From the NCBI GenBank assembly GCA_964574665.1, contig CAZNOJ010000002.1, positions 6,130 through 70,129 of the forward strand: DNA of 64,000 nucleotides, given 5' to 3'. The notes beneath the pieces are model-generated. The model was not told where the DNA came from. It saw only the letters and a list, made by a program, of their open reading frames with translations, and did no database searches. Source of the DNA: an uncultured Gemmatimonadaceae bacterium (GTDB lineage: Bacteria; Gemmatimonadota; Gemmatimonadetes; Gemmatimonadales; GWC2-71-9). The first letter of the stretch is position 1. Each line of letters starts with the position of its first letter. The translations under genes and the position numbers were made by a program. This document shows, one piece after another, positions 17,952 through 26,908 of the stretch.

Positions 17952-19778
17952 TCAGTCCACCGTCACGCTCTTGGCCAGGGTCCGCGGCTGGTCCACGTTG
18001 CAGCCCCGACGGACGGCCACGTAGTACGAGAACAGCTGCAGCGGGATGATGGTGAGGATCGGGGTGAGCAGGTCGAGCGTCTCGGGGACGGTGAAGGTCG
18101 CCTCGGCGAGGCGCGCGATCTCCTCGTCGCCGGGGTTGGTGATGGCGATCACGCGTCCCCCCCGCGCGCGCACCTCCTGCACGTTGGAGACGATCTTGCC
18201 GTGGACCGCATCGCGCGGGGCCACCACCACCACCGGCATGTTCTCGTCGATCAGGGCGATGGGGCCGTGCTTCATCTCGGCCGCGGGATACCCCTCGGCG
18301 TGGATGTAGGAGATCTCCTTCAGCTTGAGCGCGCCCTCGAGCGCGATCGGGAAGTTGACGCCCAGGCCGAGGTAGAGCGCGTTGGTGGCGTCGTCGAACT
18401 GCTCGGCGAGCTCGCGCACTTCCTCGGCGCGCGCCAGGATCTCCCGCACCTGCGCCGGCAGCGCGCTGAGGGCGGCAACCCAGCGGCGCCCCTCCTCGGC
18501 CGACATCCCCCGCAACCGCGCGAACCGCATCGTCACCATCGCCAGGGCGGCGACCTGCGAGGAGAACGCGTTGGTGCTCGACACCCCGATCTCGGGGCCG
18601 CAGCGGAGATACAGGCCGCCATCCACCTCGCGGTCGATGGTCGAGCCGACCACGTTGACCAGGCCCACGGTGCGCGCCCCGCGCTGCTTGGCCTCCAGCA
18701 GCGCCGCCAGGGTGTCGGCGGTCTCCCCGGACTGCGAGATCGCGATCACCAGGGTGTCCGGCTCGATGATCGGGTTGCGATACCGGAACTCGGAGGCGTA
18801 CTCCACGTCGGTCGGGATCCGGGCCATCTCCTCCAGCATGTACTTGCCGATCAGCCCCGAGTGCCACGAGGTGCCGCACGCGGTGATGATGATCCGGCGC
18901 ACCCGGAGCACGTCCTCGTCGGAGAGCTTGAGGCCATAGACCCGCACGTCGCCGGTCGCCTCGAGCAGGTGCCCCCGCATCGTGTTCTCGATGCTCTCGG
19001 GCTGCTCGAAGATCTCCTTGAGCATGAAGTGCTCGAAGCCGCCGCGCTCGATCGTCTCGAGGTCCCACTCGATCTGGTTGACGGGCTTGTCCACCCGGCG
19101 TGACTTGAGGGTCCGCACCCGGTAGCCGTCGCGACGGAGCACCGCCATCTCGCCGTTGTCGAGGTAGACCACCGAGCGGGTGTGCTCCAGGATCGCGGAC
19201 TGGTCGGAGGCGACCAGGAACTCGTCGTCGCCGATGCCGAGGATGATGGGCGAGCCGTTCCGGGCGGCCACCAGCGTGCCGGGCTCGTCGGCCGAGATCA
19301 CCGCGATCCCGTAGGCGCCGTCCACGTCGCGCAGGGCCGCGGCCACCGCCTCCTCGAGGTCGCCTTCGTAGAGCGCCCCGATGAGGTGGGCCAGCACCTC
19401 CGTGTCGGTCTCCGAGGTGAACACGTGCCCGCGCGCCAGCAGCGCCTTCCGCAGGTCGGAGGCGTTCTCGATGATGCCGTTGTGGATCAGGGCGATGCGG
19501 CCCGACTGGTCGGTGTGGGGATGCGCATTGGGCGTGGTCGGGGCGCCGTGGGTGGCCCAGCGGGTGTGACCGATCCCGATGCTGCCGTGCGGCGCCTGGC
19601 CCGCGATCTCCTCGGCGAGCACCGAGAGCTTCCCCGCGGCCTTGCGCACCGACAGGCCGTCGCCGTTGATCACGGCGATCCCGGCCGAGTCGTAGCCACG
19701 GTACTCCATCCGACGAAGCCCATCCATCAGGATCGGCGCCGCTTCACGCGGACCGACGTATCCCACGATGCCGCACAT
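17952..19778 (-). CDS. glmS: Glutamine--fructose-6-phosphate aminotransferase
   Basis: N-terminal MCGIVGYVG (catalytic Cys after the initiator), two SIS domains, and a C-terminus ...LAKSVTVD. I prefer the start at 19778 (MCGIVG) to 19784. Confidence 0.95.
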   Translation of the reverse strand: MCGIVGYVGPREAAPILMDGLRRMEYRGYDSAGIAVINGDGLSVRKAAGKLSVLAEEIAGQAPHGSIGIGHTRWATHGAPTTPNAHPHTDQSGRIALIHNGIIENASDLRKALLARGHVFTSETDTEVLAHLIGALYEGDLEEAVAAALRDVDGAYGIAVISADEPGTLVAARNGSPIILGIGDDEFLVASDQSAILEHTRSVVYLDNGEMAVLRRDGYRVRTLKSRRVDKPVNQIEWDLETIERGGFEHFMLKEIFEQPESIENTMRGHLLEATGDVRVYGLKLSDEDVLRVRRIIITACGTSWHSGLIGKYMLEEMARIPTDVEYASEFRYRNPIIEPDTLVIAISQSGETADTLAALLEAKQRGARTVGLVNVVGSTIDREVDGGLYLRCGPEIGVSSTNAFSSQVAALAMVTMRFARLRGMSAEEGRRWVAALSALPAQVREILARAEEVRELAEQFDDATNALYLGLGVNFPIALEGALKLKEISYIHAEGYPAAEMKHGPIALIDENMPVVVVAPRDAVHGKIVSNVQEVRARGGRVIAITNPGDEEIARLAEATFTVPETLDLLTPILTIIPLQLFSYYVAVRRGCNVDQPRTLAKSVTVD

Positions 19779-19814
19779 CAGCAACCGCCTTGCCGTTCAG
19801 GAAGTGTCGACCTG

Positions 19815-21173
19815 CTACTCCGCCCGCGCCGCCGCCACCAGCGCCTCCGCCTCGGCCGCCGTGGGCGCCTCGGCGATCAGCCGCACGATCGGCTCGGTGC
19901 CCGAGGGCCGCACGTGCAACCAGCGGTCCGCCCACCCCAGCCGCAGGCCGTCCCGCAAGTCCACCTCGGCGTCCGGGAAGCGGCGCCGGAGCGCATCATA
20001 GCGGAACTCCAGCGAGCCGCCCCGATCGGCCTTGGCCTTCACGATCGCGTAACGCGGGGCGCCTGCCACGAGCTCCGAGAGCCGAGCCCCCTGCCGGGCC
20101 AGGTATTGCAAGATGAGGGCCGCGCCAAGGGGGGCGTCCCGGCCCACGTGCAGGGCCGGCAGGATCACCCCACCGTTGCCTTCCCCCCCGATCAGGGCGC
20201 CTTCCGCCACGATCACCCGCGCCACATTCGCCTCCCCCACCGGGGCCCGCACCAGCCGCGCCCCGTGGGCCCGGGCGGCATCCTCCACCACCAGCGAGGT
20301 GGAGAGGTTGGCCACCACCGTGGCCGGCGGCGCGTCGGCCGGACGACTCGACAGCACCGCCCGGATCGCCAGGGCCAGGGTGTAGTCCTCCCCGATCGGG
20401 GTACCGGTGTCATCCACCAGGGCCAGCCGGTCCACGTCGGGATCCACCGCCATGCCGATCGAGGCCCCTGTGGACCGCACCAGGGCGGCCAGGTCGCCGA
20501 GGTGTGCCGGAATCGGCTCGGGCTCCCGAGGGAAACGCCCATCGGGCTCCAGGTGGATCCCGGTGGCCGACACCCCGAGCCGACGGAACAATTCGGTCAT
20601 CACCGGGCCGCCCGCCCCGCGGACGGTGTCGAAGGCCACCCGCAGGCCGCTCCGCCCGATCAGGCCGGCATCCACCTCGGGCAGGGCGAGGATTGCGTCG
20701 AAGTGCCGCGAGACGGCGTCGGGGTCGCGCCGGTACCCGCCGATGGCATCCCATCCGCTCCGGGGCGGGCCCGCCTCCGCGAGCGTGCGCACCGTGGCCC
20801 CGGCGTCGGCATCGAGGAAGATGCCGTCCGGCCCGACGAACTTGAGGGCGTTCCATTCGATCGGGTTGTGCGACGCGGTGATGATGAGGCCTGCCCCGGC
20901 GTGGTGATGCTCGACGGCCATCTGCACCGTGGGCGTGGGCACCACGCCGACATCAATCACGCCGACGCCGACCGAGGCGAAGCCCGCCGCGGCCGCCATC
21001 GCGAACATCTCGCCGGACGTGCGGGCATCGCGCCCCACCACGACCTCGCGGCCCCCCCGGCTCCGCACCCACGATCCCAGGGCCGCCGCATGCCGCGCGA
21101 CCAGCTCGGGTGTCAGGTCGGTTCCCACATGGCCGCGCATGCCGGAAACCGAGATCATCAGGGTGCTGCTCAC
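19815..21173 (-). CDS. glmM: Phosphohexomutase, probable phosphoglucosamine mutase
   Basis: Motifs SVSGMRG, the phosphoserine loop ITASHNP, Mg loop AVDPDVDR and GGEGNGG. It lies immediately upstream of glmS. The specificity call (GlmM versus PMM/PGM) rests on gene context. Confidence 0.8.
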   Translation of the reverse strand: MSSTLMISVSGMRGHVGTDLTPELVARHAAALGSWVRSRGGREVVVGRDARTSGEMFAMAAAAGFASVGVGVIDVGVVPTPTVQMAVEHHHAGAGLIITASHNPIEWNALKFVGPDGIFLDADAGATVRTLAEAGPPRSGWDAIGGYRRDPDAVSRHFDAILALPEVDAGLIGRSGLRVAFDTVRGAGGPVMTELFRRLGVSATGIHLEPDGRFPREPEPIPAHLGDLAALVRSTGASIGMAVDPDVDRLALVDDTGTPIGEDYTLALAIRAVLSSRPADAPPATVVANLSTSLVVEDAARAHGARLVRAPVGEANVARVIVAEGALIGGEGNGGVILPALHVGRDAPLGAALILQYLARQGARLSELVAGAPRYAIVKAKADRGGSLEFRYDALRRRFPDAEVDLRDGLRLGWADRWLHVRPSGTEPIVRLIAEAPTAAEAEALVAAARAE

Positions 21174-22258
21174 ATCACCTCGTCAGGTTGCTGGTAGGCC
21201 CGCAGGTCGCCGCGACCGGCATCGGGGTGCGCCGCCAGGAAGGCCCGCACCACCTGGGCGTCGAAATGGCTGTCGGAGTGCCGCAGCAGCTCGTCCACCG
21301 CCCAATCCACGCGGCCGCGGTCCCGATACGCGCGCGTGCTCGTCATCGCGTCGAAGGCATCCGCCACCGCCACGATGCGGACCGGCAGGGGAATGGCCTC
21401 GCGGGCGAGGCCGTCGGGGAATCCGGTCCCGTCCACGCGCTCGTGGTGCCAGCGCACGATCTGCAGCACCAGGGGATGGTCCTCCCGCAAAACGCTCAGC
21501 ATGGACTCGCCGTCGGTGGTGTGTCGCCGCATCTCGGCGAACTCCTCCTCGGTCAGCGGTCCCGGCTTGTTGAGCACGGCGTCGCGGGTGCCGATCTTGC
21601 CGATGTCGTGCAGCTCGCCGCCCAGGCGCAGCTCCTCGAGCTCGGACTCGGCCAGGCCCATCAACCGCCCCGTGCGCGTGGCGTAGCCGGCCACCCGGCT
21701 CGAGTGACCGCGCGTGTAGCGATCCTTGGCCTCGAGCATCTGCACCGCCATCTGGATCTGGGCCAGGAACATGTCGCGATTGCGCCGCGACAGCGCCTTG
21801 ACCTGGTCCTCGAGCTCGGCCTGGTACCGCTCTCGCAGGAGGCGGAGCTCGTGGCGCGTGCGCAGCGTGTCCATGGCCTTGGCCACCCGCGAATGCACCT
21901 CGCCGACCGTCATCGGCTTGGAGAGATAGTCGAGCGCCCCGACCTGGAGGCAGGCGACCGCCGTGTCGAGGTCGCTGTCGCCGGACAGCATCATCACGCC
22001 GACATCACGATGGGTCCGCCCCAGCTCCCCGAGGAGCCAGCGGCCGTCCTTGCCGGGCATGTGCAGGTCGGTCACCACCAGGGCCGCCTCGAACCCCTGG
22101 TCGAGGCACGCGAGCGCATCCGTGGCCGTGGCGGCTTCGGCCACGACGTAGCCCTCGACCTCGAGCATCCGGCGCAGGACGTTGCGGATGCCGGCGTCGT
22201 CATCCACGACCAGCACCCGTCGGGCGTCGAGCACCTCCAGCAGGTCGCGCGGAGTCAT
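21170..22258 (-). CDS. Response regulator with HD-GYP domain (putative c-di-GMP phosphodiesterase)
   Basis: The ATG at 22258 gives a REC domain (VLVVDDDAG...ALVVTDLHMPG...LSKP). A coiled linker follows, then HD-GYP motifs (GGELHDIGK, HHERVDGTGFPDGL). The stop overlaps the glmM start (GTGA). Confidence 0.85.
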   Translation of the reverse strand: MTPRDLLEVLDARRVLVVDDDAGIRNVLRRMLEVEGYVVAEAATATDALACLDQGFEAALVVTDLHMPGKDGRWLLGELGRTHRDVGVMMLSGDSDLDTAVACLQVGALDYLSKPMTVGEVHSRVAKAMDTLRTRHELRLLRERYQAELEDQVKALSRRNRDMFLAQIQMAVQMLEAKDRYTRGHSSRVAGYATRTGRLMGLAESELEELRLGGELHDIGKIGTRDAVLNKPGPLTEEEFAEMRRHTTDGESMLSVLREDHPLVLQIVRWHHERVDGTGFPDGLAREAIPLPVRIVAVADAFDAMTSTRAYRDRGRVDWAVDELLRHSDSHFDAQVVRAFLAAHPDAGRGDLRAYQQPDEVM

Positions 22259-22345
22259 GCGGCAACCTAATGGGATGTTTTGCCTTGCTGGAAGTGCCGA
22301 CGCGACATATGCTTCCGACCCTTCCGACCCGCGTCGAGGAATCCC

Positions 22346-23512
22346 ATGACCCGCCTCGCGTCCCCCCCGCCCGCCCATCGCCTCGGCACCCTCGCGGTGC
22401 ATGCGGGACCGGAGCCGGACCCGGTGGCCGGCGCCGTGATGCCTCCGATCTACCAGACGTCGACCTACATCCAGGACGGTCTCGAGCGGCCCCACCACGG
22501 CTACGAGTATGCCCGCACCAGCAACCCGACCCGGCAGGCCTTGGAGCGGGCCCTCGCCACGCTGGAGGGCGGCACGCACGGCTTCGCCTTCGGCTCCGGA
22601 CTCGCGGCGCTCGATGCGGTGCTCAAGCTGCTCCGTCCGGGCGACCACGTGGTCGCCGGGGAGAACCTCTACGGCGGCTCGCACCGCCAGATGGTCCGCA
22701 TCTTCGCGGAGTTCGGGGTGGCGTTCGACTTCGTGGACCTCCGCGACGTGGATGCGGTGCGCGCCGCGTTCCGACCCGCGACCCGGATGCTCTACGCGGA
22801 GACCCCCACCAACCCGATGATGTTCCTGGCCGACCTCGCCGCCCTCGGCGACCTGGCCCAGGCCCGCGGCGCGATCTTCGTGGTGGACAACACCTTTGCC
22901 ACGCCGGTGCTGCAGCGGCCGCTCACCCTCGGCGCCGACATCGTGCTCCACTCCACCACCAAGTACCTCAACGGCCACTCCGACATGGTGGGCGGCGCGC
23001 TGGTGACCTCGCGCGATGACCTCGCCGAAAAGCTCGGGTTCCTCCAGAACGCGGTGGGTGCGGTGCCGGGCCCGTTCGACTGCTGGCTGGTGCTGCGCGG
23101 CCTCAAGACGCTGCCGCTGCGGATGCGCCAGCACTGCGACACCGCGGGGCGGATCGCCGCGTGGCTGGCCGAGCGGAGCGACATCCCGGCGACCTACTAC
23201 CCCGGACTGCCGAGTCACCCGCAGCACGACCTTGCCCGCCGGCAGATGACGGGGTTCGGCGGCATGGTCTCGATCGAACTGGGCTCGGTCGAGCGGATGC
23301 GGAAGGTGGTGCCCCGCTTCCGCCTCTTCGCGCTGGCCGAGTCGCTCGGCGGGGTCGAGTCGCTGCTGGGCCACCCGGCCTCGATGACCCATGCCTCGGT
23401 GCCGCCGGCGATGCGGCAACGGATGGGGCTCACCGACTCGCTGATCCGGCTCTCGGTGGGGATTGAGGATGCGGACGACCTGATTGCGGACCTAGAGGAG
23501 GCACTTGGGTGA
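22346..23512 (+). CDS. Cys/Met-metabolism PLP-dependent enzyme (cystathionine gamma-synthase/gamma-lyase family)
   Basis: Family-typical YARTSNPT, FVVDNTFATP, and the PLP-lysine region HSTTKYLNGHSD. The ATG at 22346 is preferred. The stop codon lies inside repeat copy D. Confidence 0.85.
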   Translation: MTRLASPPPAHRLGTLAVHAGPEPDPVAGAVMPPIYQTSTYIQDGLERPHHGYEYARTSNPTRQALERALATLEGGTHGFAFGSGLAALDAVLKLLRPGDHVVAGENLYGGSHRQMVRIFAEFGVAFDFVDLRDVDAVRAAFRPATRMLYAETPTNPMMFLADLAALGDLAQARGAIFVVDNTFATPVLQRPLTLGADIVLHSTTKYLNGHSDMVGGALVTSRDDLAEKLGFLQNAVGAVPGPFDCWLVLRGLKTLPLRMRQHCDTAGRIAAWLAERSDIPATYYPGLPSHPQHDLARRQMTGFGGMVSIELGSVERMRKVVPRFRLFALAESLGGVESLLGHPASMTHASVPPAMRQRMGLTDSLIRLSVGIEDADDLIADLEEALG

Positions 23513-23563
23513 AGGGTGAAGGGTGAAGCGTGTGCGCCCGCATCACCATTCACCCTTCACCCC
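23509..23563. repeat. Tandem-heptamer hairpin element, GTGAAGG family (copy D)
   Basis: The left arm is GTGAAGG, GTGAAGG, GTGAAG (23509-23528). The right arm is CATCAC CATTCAC CCTTCAC (23541-23560). It overlaps the TGA at 23510-23512. Confidence 0.85.
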
Positions 23564-23636
23564 GGATCGTGATGCAACCTGAAACACATTTCTGGACCTC
23601 CCCGTAAGAGGGATCGTCCCCAACCCCGAGCACCCG

Positions 23637-24659
23637 ATGACCTCCCTCCCAGCTCCCCGGCCCCGCGTGGCCCTCCCCGAGATCGCCCCGGTGGCGTGGG
23701 AGCACCCGGCCGACCGCGCGGCCCTCACCGCGCTCCGGGCGGTCCCGGGCGTGGACGAGGTGATCCGGAAGATCCTCGGCATCCTGGGCGGCGAGGAGGG
23801 GATCCGGCTGCTGTTCCAGGGGAACGCGGTCCGGGTGGGCCCGACCCAGTATCCGCTGCTCTGGGGACTGCACGTCGAGAACTGCCAGACGTTCGGCTGG
23901 GAGCGGATCCCCGAGCTGTACGTGACCCAGACGCCGGTGTTCAACGCCGGTGCCTACGGCATTGACGATCCCTTCATCGTGATCCACTCGTCGGCGCTGG
24001 AGATCCTCGACGAGGCCGAGCTGCGGGTGCTGCTCGCCCACGAGCTGGGGCACGCGCTGTACAGCACGATCGCCGAGATCATCACGCTGGTGTCGCTCGG
24101 GGTGCTGCCGATGCTGGCGATGGTGGTGGTGCTGCCGGTCAAGCTGGCGTTCCTGGAGTGGTACCGGAAGTCGGAGCTTTCGGCCGACCGCGCCGGGCTG
24201 CTGGGTGCCCAGGACCTGCCGTCGGCGATGCGGCTCTTCCTCAAGATGGCCGGTGGCGGCAACACGCAGAACATCCGTCCCGGCGACCTCAACCTCGAGC
24301 CGTTCCTGGTGCAGGCCAACGAGTATGCCCGCAACAACGACGGGCTCAACGTGGTGTACAAGATCCTCAACACCCTGGCGCTCACCCACCCGATGCACGT
24401 GGTGCGCGCCGCCGAGGTGCAGCTCTGGCTGCAGTCGGGGGCGTACGACCGCATCCTGGCGGGGGAATACGTGCGTCGCGGCAGCGCGGAGGCGAAGCGC
24501 AACATCCGCGAGGACATGAAGGAGGCCGGGTCGTACTACAAGCAGGAGTTCAAGGAGACCGCCACCCACATCAAGAACGCCGCCAAGAAGGCCGCCGCCA
24601 GCGCGCGCGACGCGCTCGACGAGGCCAGGCGGCGCAAGAGCCAGGGCTCCACGTCGTGA
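23637..24659 (+). CDS. M48-family zinc metallopeptidase-like membrane protein
   Basis: HELGHALY (HExxH) is followed by a hydrophobic segment ITLVSLGVLPMLAMVVVLPV and ELSADRAG. The C-terminal tail is Lys/Ala-rich. Confidence 0.7.
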   Translation: MTSLPAPRPRVALPEIAPVAWEHPADRAALTALRAVPGVDEVIRKILGILGGEEGIRLLFQGNAVRVGPTQYPLLWGLHVENCQTFGWERIPELYVTQTPVFNAGAYGIDDPFIVIHSSALEILDEAELRVLLAHELGHALYSTIAEIITLVSLGVLPMLAMVVVLPVKLAFLEWYRKSELSADRAGLLGAQDLPSAMRLFLKMAGGGNTQNIRPGDLNLEPFLVQANEYARNNDGLNVVYKILNTLALTHPMHVVRAAEVQLWLQSGAYDRILAGEYVRRGSAEAKRNIREDMKEAGSYYKQEFKETATHIKNAAKKAAASARDALDEARRRKSQGSTS

Positions 24660-25930
24660 GGATCCTGGTCGTCGGCGGCGGCGGGCGCGAGCACGCCCTG
24701 CTGGCCGCCCTTGCCGCCGACGACCCGCGCCACGAGCTGCACGCCGCCCCGGGCAATCCGGGCACCGCCGCACTGGCCACCAACCACCCCGTCGCCGCCG
24801 ACGACCTCGACCGCCTCGCCGACCTCGCCGACGCGTTCGCGATCGACCTCGTGGTCGTGGGCCCCGAGGTTCCGCTTGCCCTGGGCCTCGCCGACCGGCT
24901 CCGGGACAACGGCCGAGTGGTGTTCGGTCCCGGGGCGTCCGCCGCACGGATCGAGGCCTCGAAGGCGTTCGCCAAGGACGTGATGGCCGCCGCCGGCGTG
25001 CCCACGGCGCCGAGCGCCACCTTCAGCGACCTGGCCGCGGCGCTGGCGCACGTGGAGGGGCACGCGGAGCCGTTGGTGGTCAAGGCCAGCGGCCTCGCCG
25101 CCGGCAAGGGTGCCGTGGTGTGTGCCACGCGCCAGGAGGCGCGCGCCGCGCTGCACGACATGCTCGGCGCCCATCGCCTGGGCGATGCGGGCGACACGGT
25201 GGTGATCGAAGGGTTCCTCGAGGGCGAGGAGCTCTCGGTGTTCGCGGTCACCAACGGCCGCGAGGTGCGATTGCTCCCGGCCGCGCAGGACCACAAGCGG
25301 ATCGGCGAGGGCGACACCGGGCCCAACACCGGCGGCATGGGCGCCTACGCCCCGGTGGCGATCGCCACGGTGGCGTTGCTCGAGCGCGTCGAGCGCGAGG
25401 TGCTGCGGCCCACGCTCGGGGAGCTGGAGCGGCGCGGCGCGCCGTTCCGCGGCGTGCTGTACGCCGGGCTGATGATCCACCCCGACGGCACGCCCAACGT
25501 GGTGGAGTTCAACTGCCGCTTCGGCGACCCCGAGACGCAGGTGGTGCTGCCGCTGCTGGGGCCGGGCCTCACGGCCCTGCTCGACGCCGCGGCACGCGGC
25601 AACCCGCTGCCGGAGGTCACGGTGCGTGGCGGCGTGGCCCTCACCACCGTGCTGGCGAGCGCGGGCTACCCCGAGTCGGTGCGCAAGGGCGACGCCATCA
25701 CGATTCCGGACGACCTTCCCCGGGAGGTCACGGTGTATCACGCCGGCACCGCGACACGCGACGGGCGACTGGTGACGGCGGGTGGGCGCGTCCTGGCCGT
25801 GACGGCGGTCGCGGACACCATCACCGCCGCGCAGCAGCTCAGTCGCGACGCCGCGGAGCGGATCGCCTTCGCCGGCAAGCAGTTCCGGCGGGACATCGGG
25901 TGGCGGGAGGTGTTGAGGAGTGAGTCCTGA
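24656..25930 (+). CDS. purD: Phosphoribosylamine--glycine ligase
   Basis: The GTG at 24656 overlaps the upstream stop (GTGA). Motifs VRILVVGGGGREHAL, an ATP-grasp region, and NTGGMGAYAP. The last codons (LRSES plus stop) lie in repeat copy I. Confidence 0.92.
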   Translation: MRILVVGGGGREHALLAALAADDPRHELHAAPGNPGTAALATNHPVAADDLDRLADLADAFAIDLVVVGPEVPLALGLADRLRDNGRVVFGPGASAARIEASKAFAKDVMAAAGVPTAPSATFSDLAAALAHVEGHAEPLVVKASGLAAGKGAVVCATRQEARAALHDMLGAHRLGDAGDTVVIEGFLEGEELSVFAVTNGREVRLLPAAQDHKRIGEGDTGPNTGGMGAYAPVAIATVALLERVEREVLRPTLGELERRGAPFRGVLYAGLMIHPDGTPNVVEFNCRFGDPETQVVLPLLGPGLTALLDAAARGNPLPEVTVRGGVALTTVLASAGYPESVRKGDAITIPDDLPREVTVYHAGTATRDGRLVTAGGRVLAVTAVADTITAAQQLSRDAAERIAFAGKQFRRDIGWREVLRSES

Positions 25931-25988
25931 GTCCTGAGGCGACGTGGTACACTTCCCAGGACTCACTCCCCAGGACTCACTGCTCCTC
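25915..25988. repeat. Tandem-heptamer hairpin element, TGAGTCC family (copy I)
   Basis: The left arm is GAGGAG TGAGTCC TGAGTCC TGAGG (25915-25939). The right arm is CCCAGGACTCACTCCCCAGGACTCACTGCTCCTC (25955-25988). It contains the purD stop (25928-25930) and ends 1 nt before the mutM GTG (25989). Confidence 0.88.
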
Positions 25989-26813
25989 GTGCCCGAACTC
26001 CCCGAAGTCGAAACGATGGTCCGCGAGCTCCGCCCCCGGGTGACGGGCCGCCGCGTGGTGGCCGTGCGCCTGCGGCACGACGACCTGCTGGCCGGGGTGT
26101 CGCGCGCCACCCTGGTGCGCGGCCTCCGCGACCGCACCATCCACGACGTCAGCCGGCGCGCGAAGCACGCCCTGATCCACACCGACACCCGGATTCTCGC
26201 GGCGCAACCGGGCATGAGTGGCGGGCTCGAGTGGCTCGAGCAGCCGCGCAGCGGCGAGGCCGCCCGCCACGACGTGCTGACCTGCACCCTCGATGACTTC
26301 TCGGTGCTCATCTACCGGGATGTCCGCCGGATCGGCACCCTGCGCTGGACCACCCCGGAGGGTTGGCACGCGTATGCCGCGCGACTCGGCCCCGAGCCGC
26401 TCGACCCCACCCTCACCCCTGCCGACTTCGCCGCCCGGCTCGGCCGTTCACGCTCGCCGATCAAGAAGGTGCTGATGGACCAGCGCTTCGTGGTCGGGGT
26501 GGGAAACATCTACGCCAACGAGGCGCTCTTCGCCGCCGGCATTGATCCGTCCCGCGCCGCCAATGCGGTCCCGGCCGGTAAGCTGGAGGCGCTCCACGGG
26601 CATGTGGTCCGGATCCTGGCCCACGCCATTTCCCGGGAGGGCACCACGCTTCGCGACTACCGCACGCCGAGCGGCGCCACCGGGGAGTTCAAGGAGGAGT
26701 TGCTGGTGTACGATCGGGCCGGCGAGCCCTGCCGGGTCTGCGGCACGGCGTTGGCCGTGACGCACGACATCGATGCCCGGCAGACCGTGTTCTGCTGGAG
26801 GTGCCAGGCCTAG
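25989..26813 (+). CDS. mutM: Formamidopyrimidine-DNA glycosylase
   Basis: The GTG at 25989 is followed by PELPEVE (catalytic N-terminal Pro). H2TH region present. C-terminal zinc finger CRVCGTALAV...FCWRCQ. Confidence 0.9.
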   Translation: MPELPEVETMVRELRPRVTGRRVVAVRLRHDDLLAGVSRATLVRGLRDRTIHDVSRRAKHALIHTDTRILAAQPGMSGGLEWLEQPRSGEAARHDVLTCTLDDFSVLIYRDVRRIGTLRWTTPEGWHAYAARLGPEPLDPTLTPADFAARLGRSRSPIKKVLMDQRFVVGVGNIYANEALFAAGIDPSRAANAVPAGKLEALHGHVVRILAHAISREGTTLRDYRTPSGATGEFKEELLVYDRAGEPCRVCGTALAVTHDIDARQTVFCWRCQA

Positions 26814-26898
26814 ACGGAGAGGAGAGGGTGGAGGATGGAGAACAGCGGGTGAGGCGGCTCCCTCGACCCTCCGTTCTCCACCCTCCGTCCTCCGTCTA
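26811..26898. repeat. Tandem-heptamer hairpin element, GGAGGRC-related family (copy G)
   Basis: The left arm is TAGACGGAGAGGAGAGGGTGGAGGATGGAGAAC (26811-26843). The right arm is CCCTCCGTTCTCCACCCTCCGTCCTCCGTCTA (26867-26898). The terminal TAGACGGAG / CTCCGTCTA are perfect complements. It includes the mutM TAG stop. Confidence 0.85.
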
Positions 26899-26908
26899 GT
26901 TTCCATCC

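Noticed and set aside
19779-19814. glmS ribozyme upstream of glmS
   Set aside because: Only 36 nt separate the glmS start from the glmM stop. A ribozyme of about 170 nt cannot fit, and the genes look co-transcribed.
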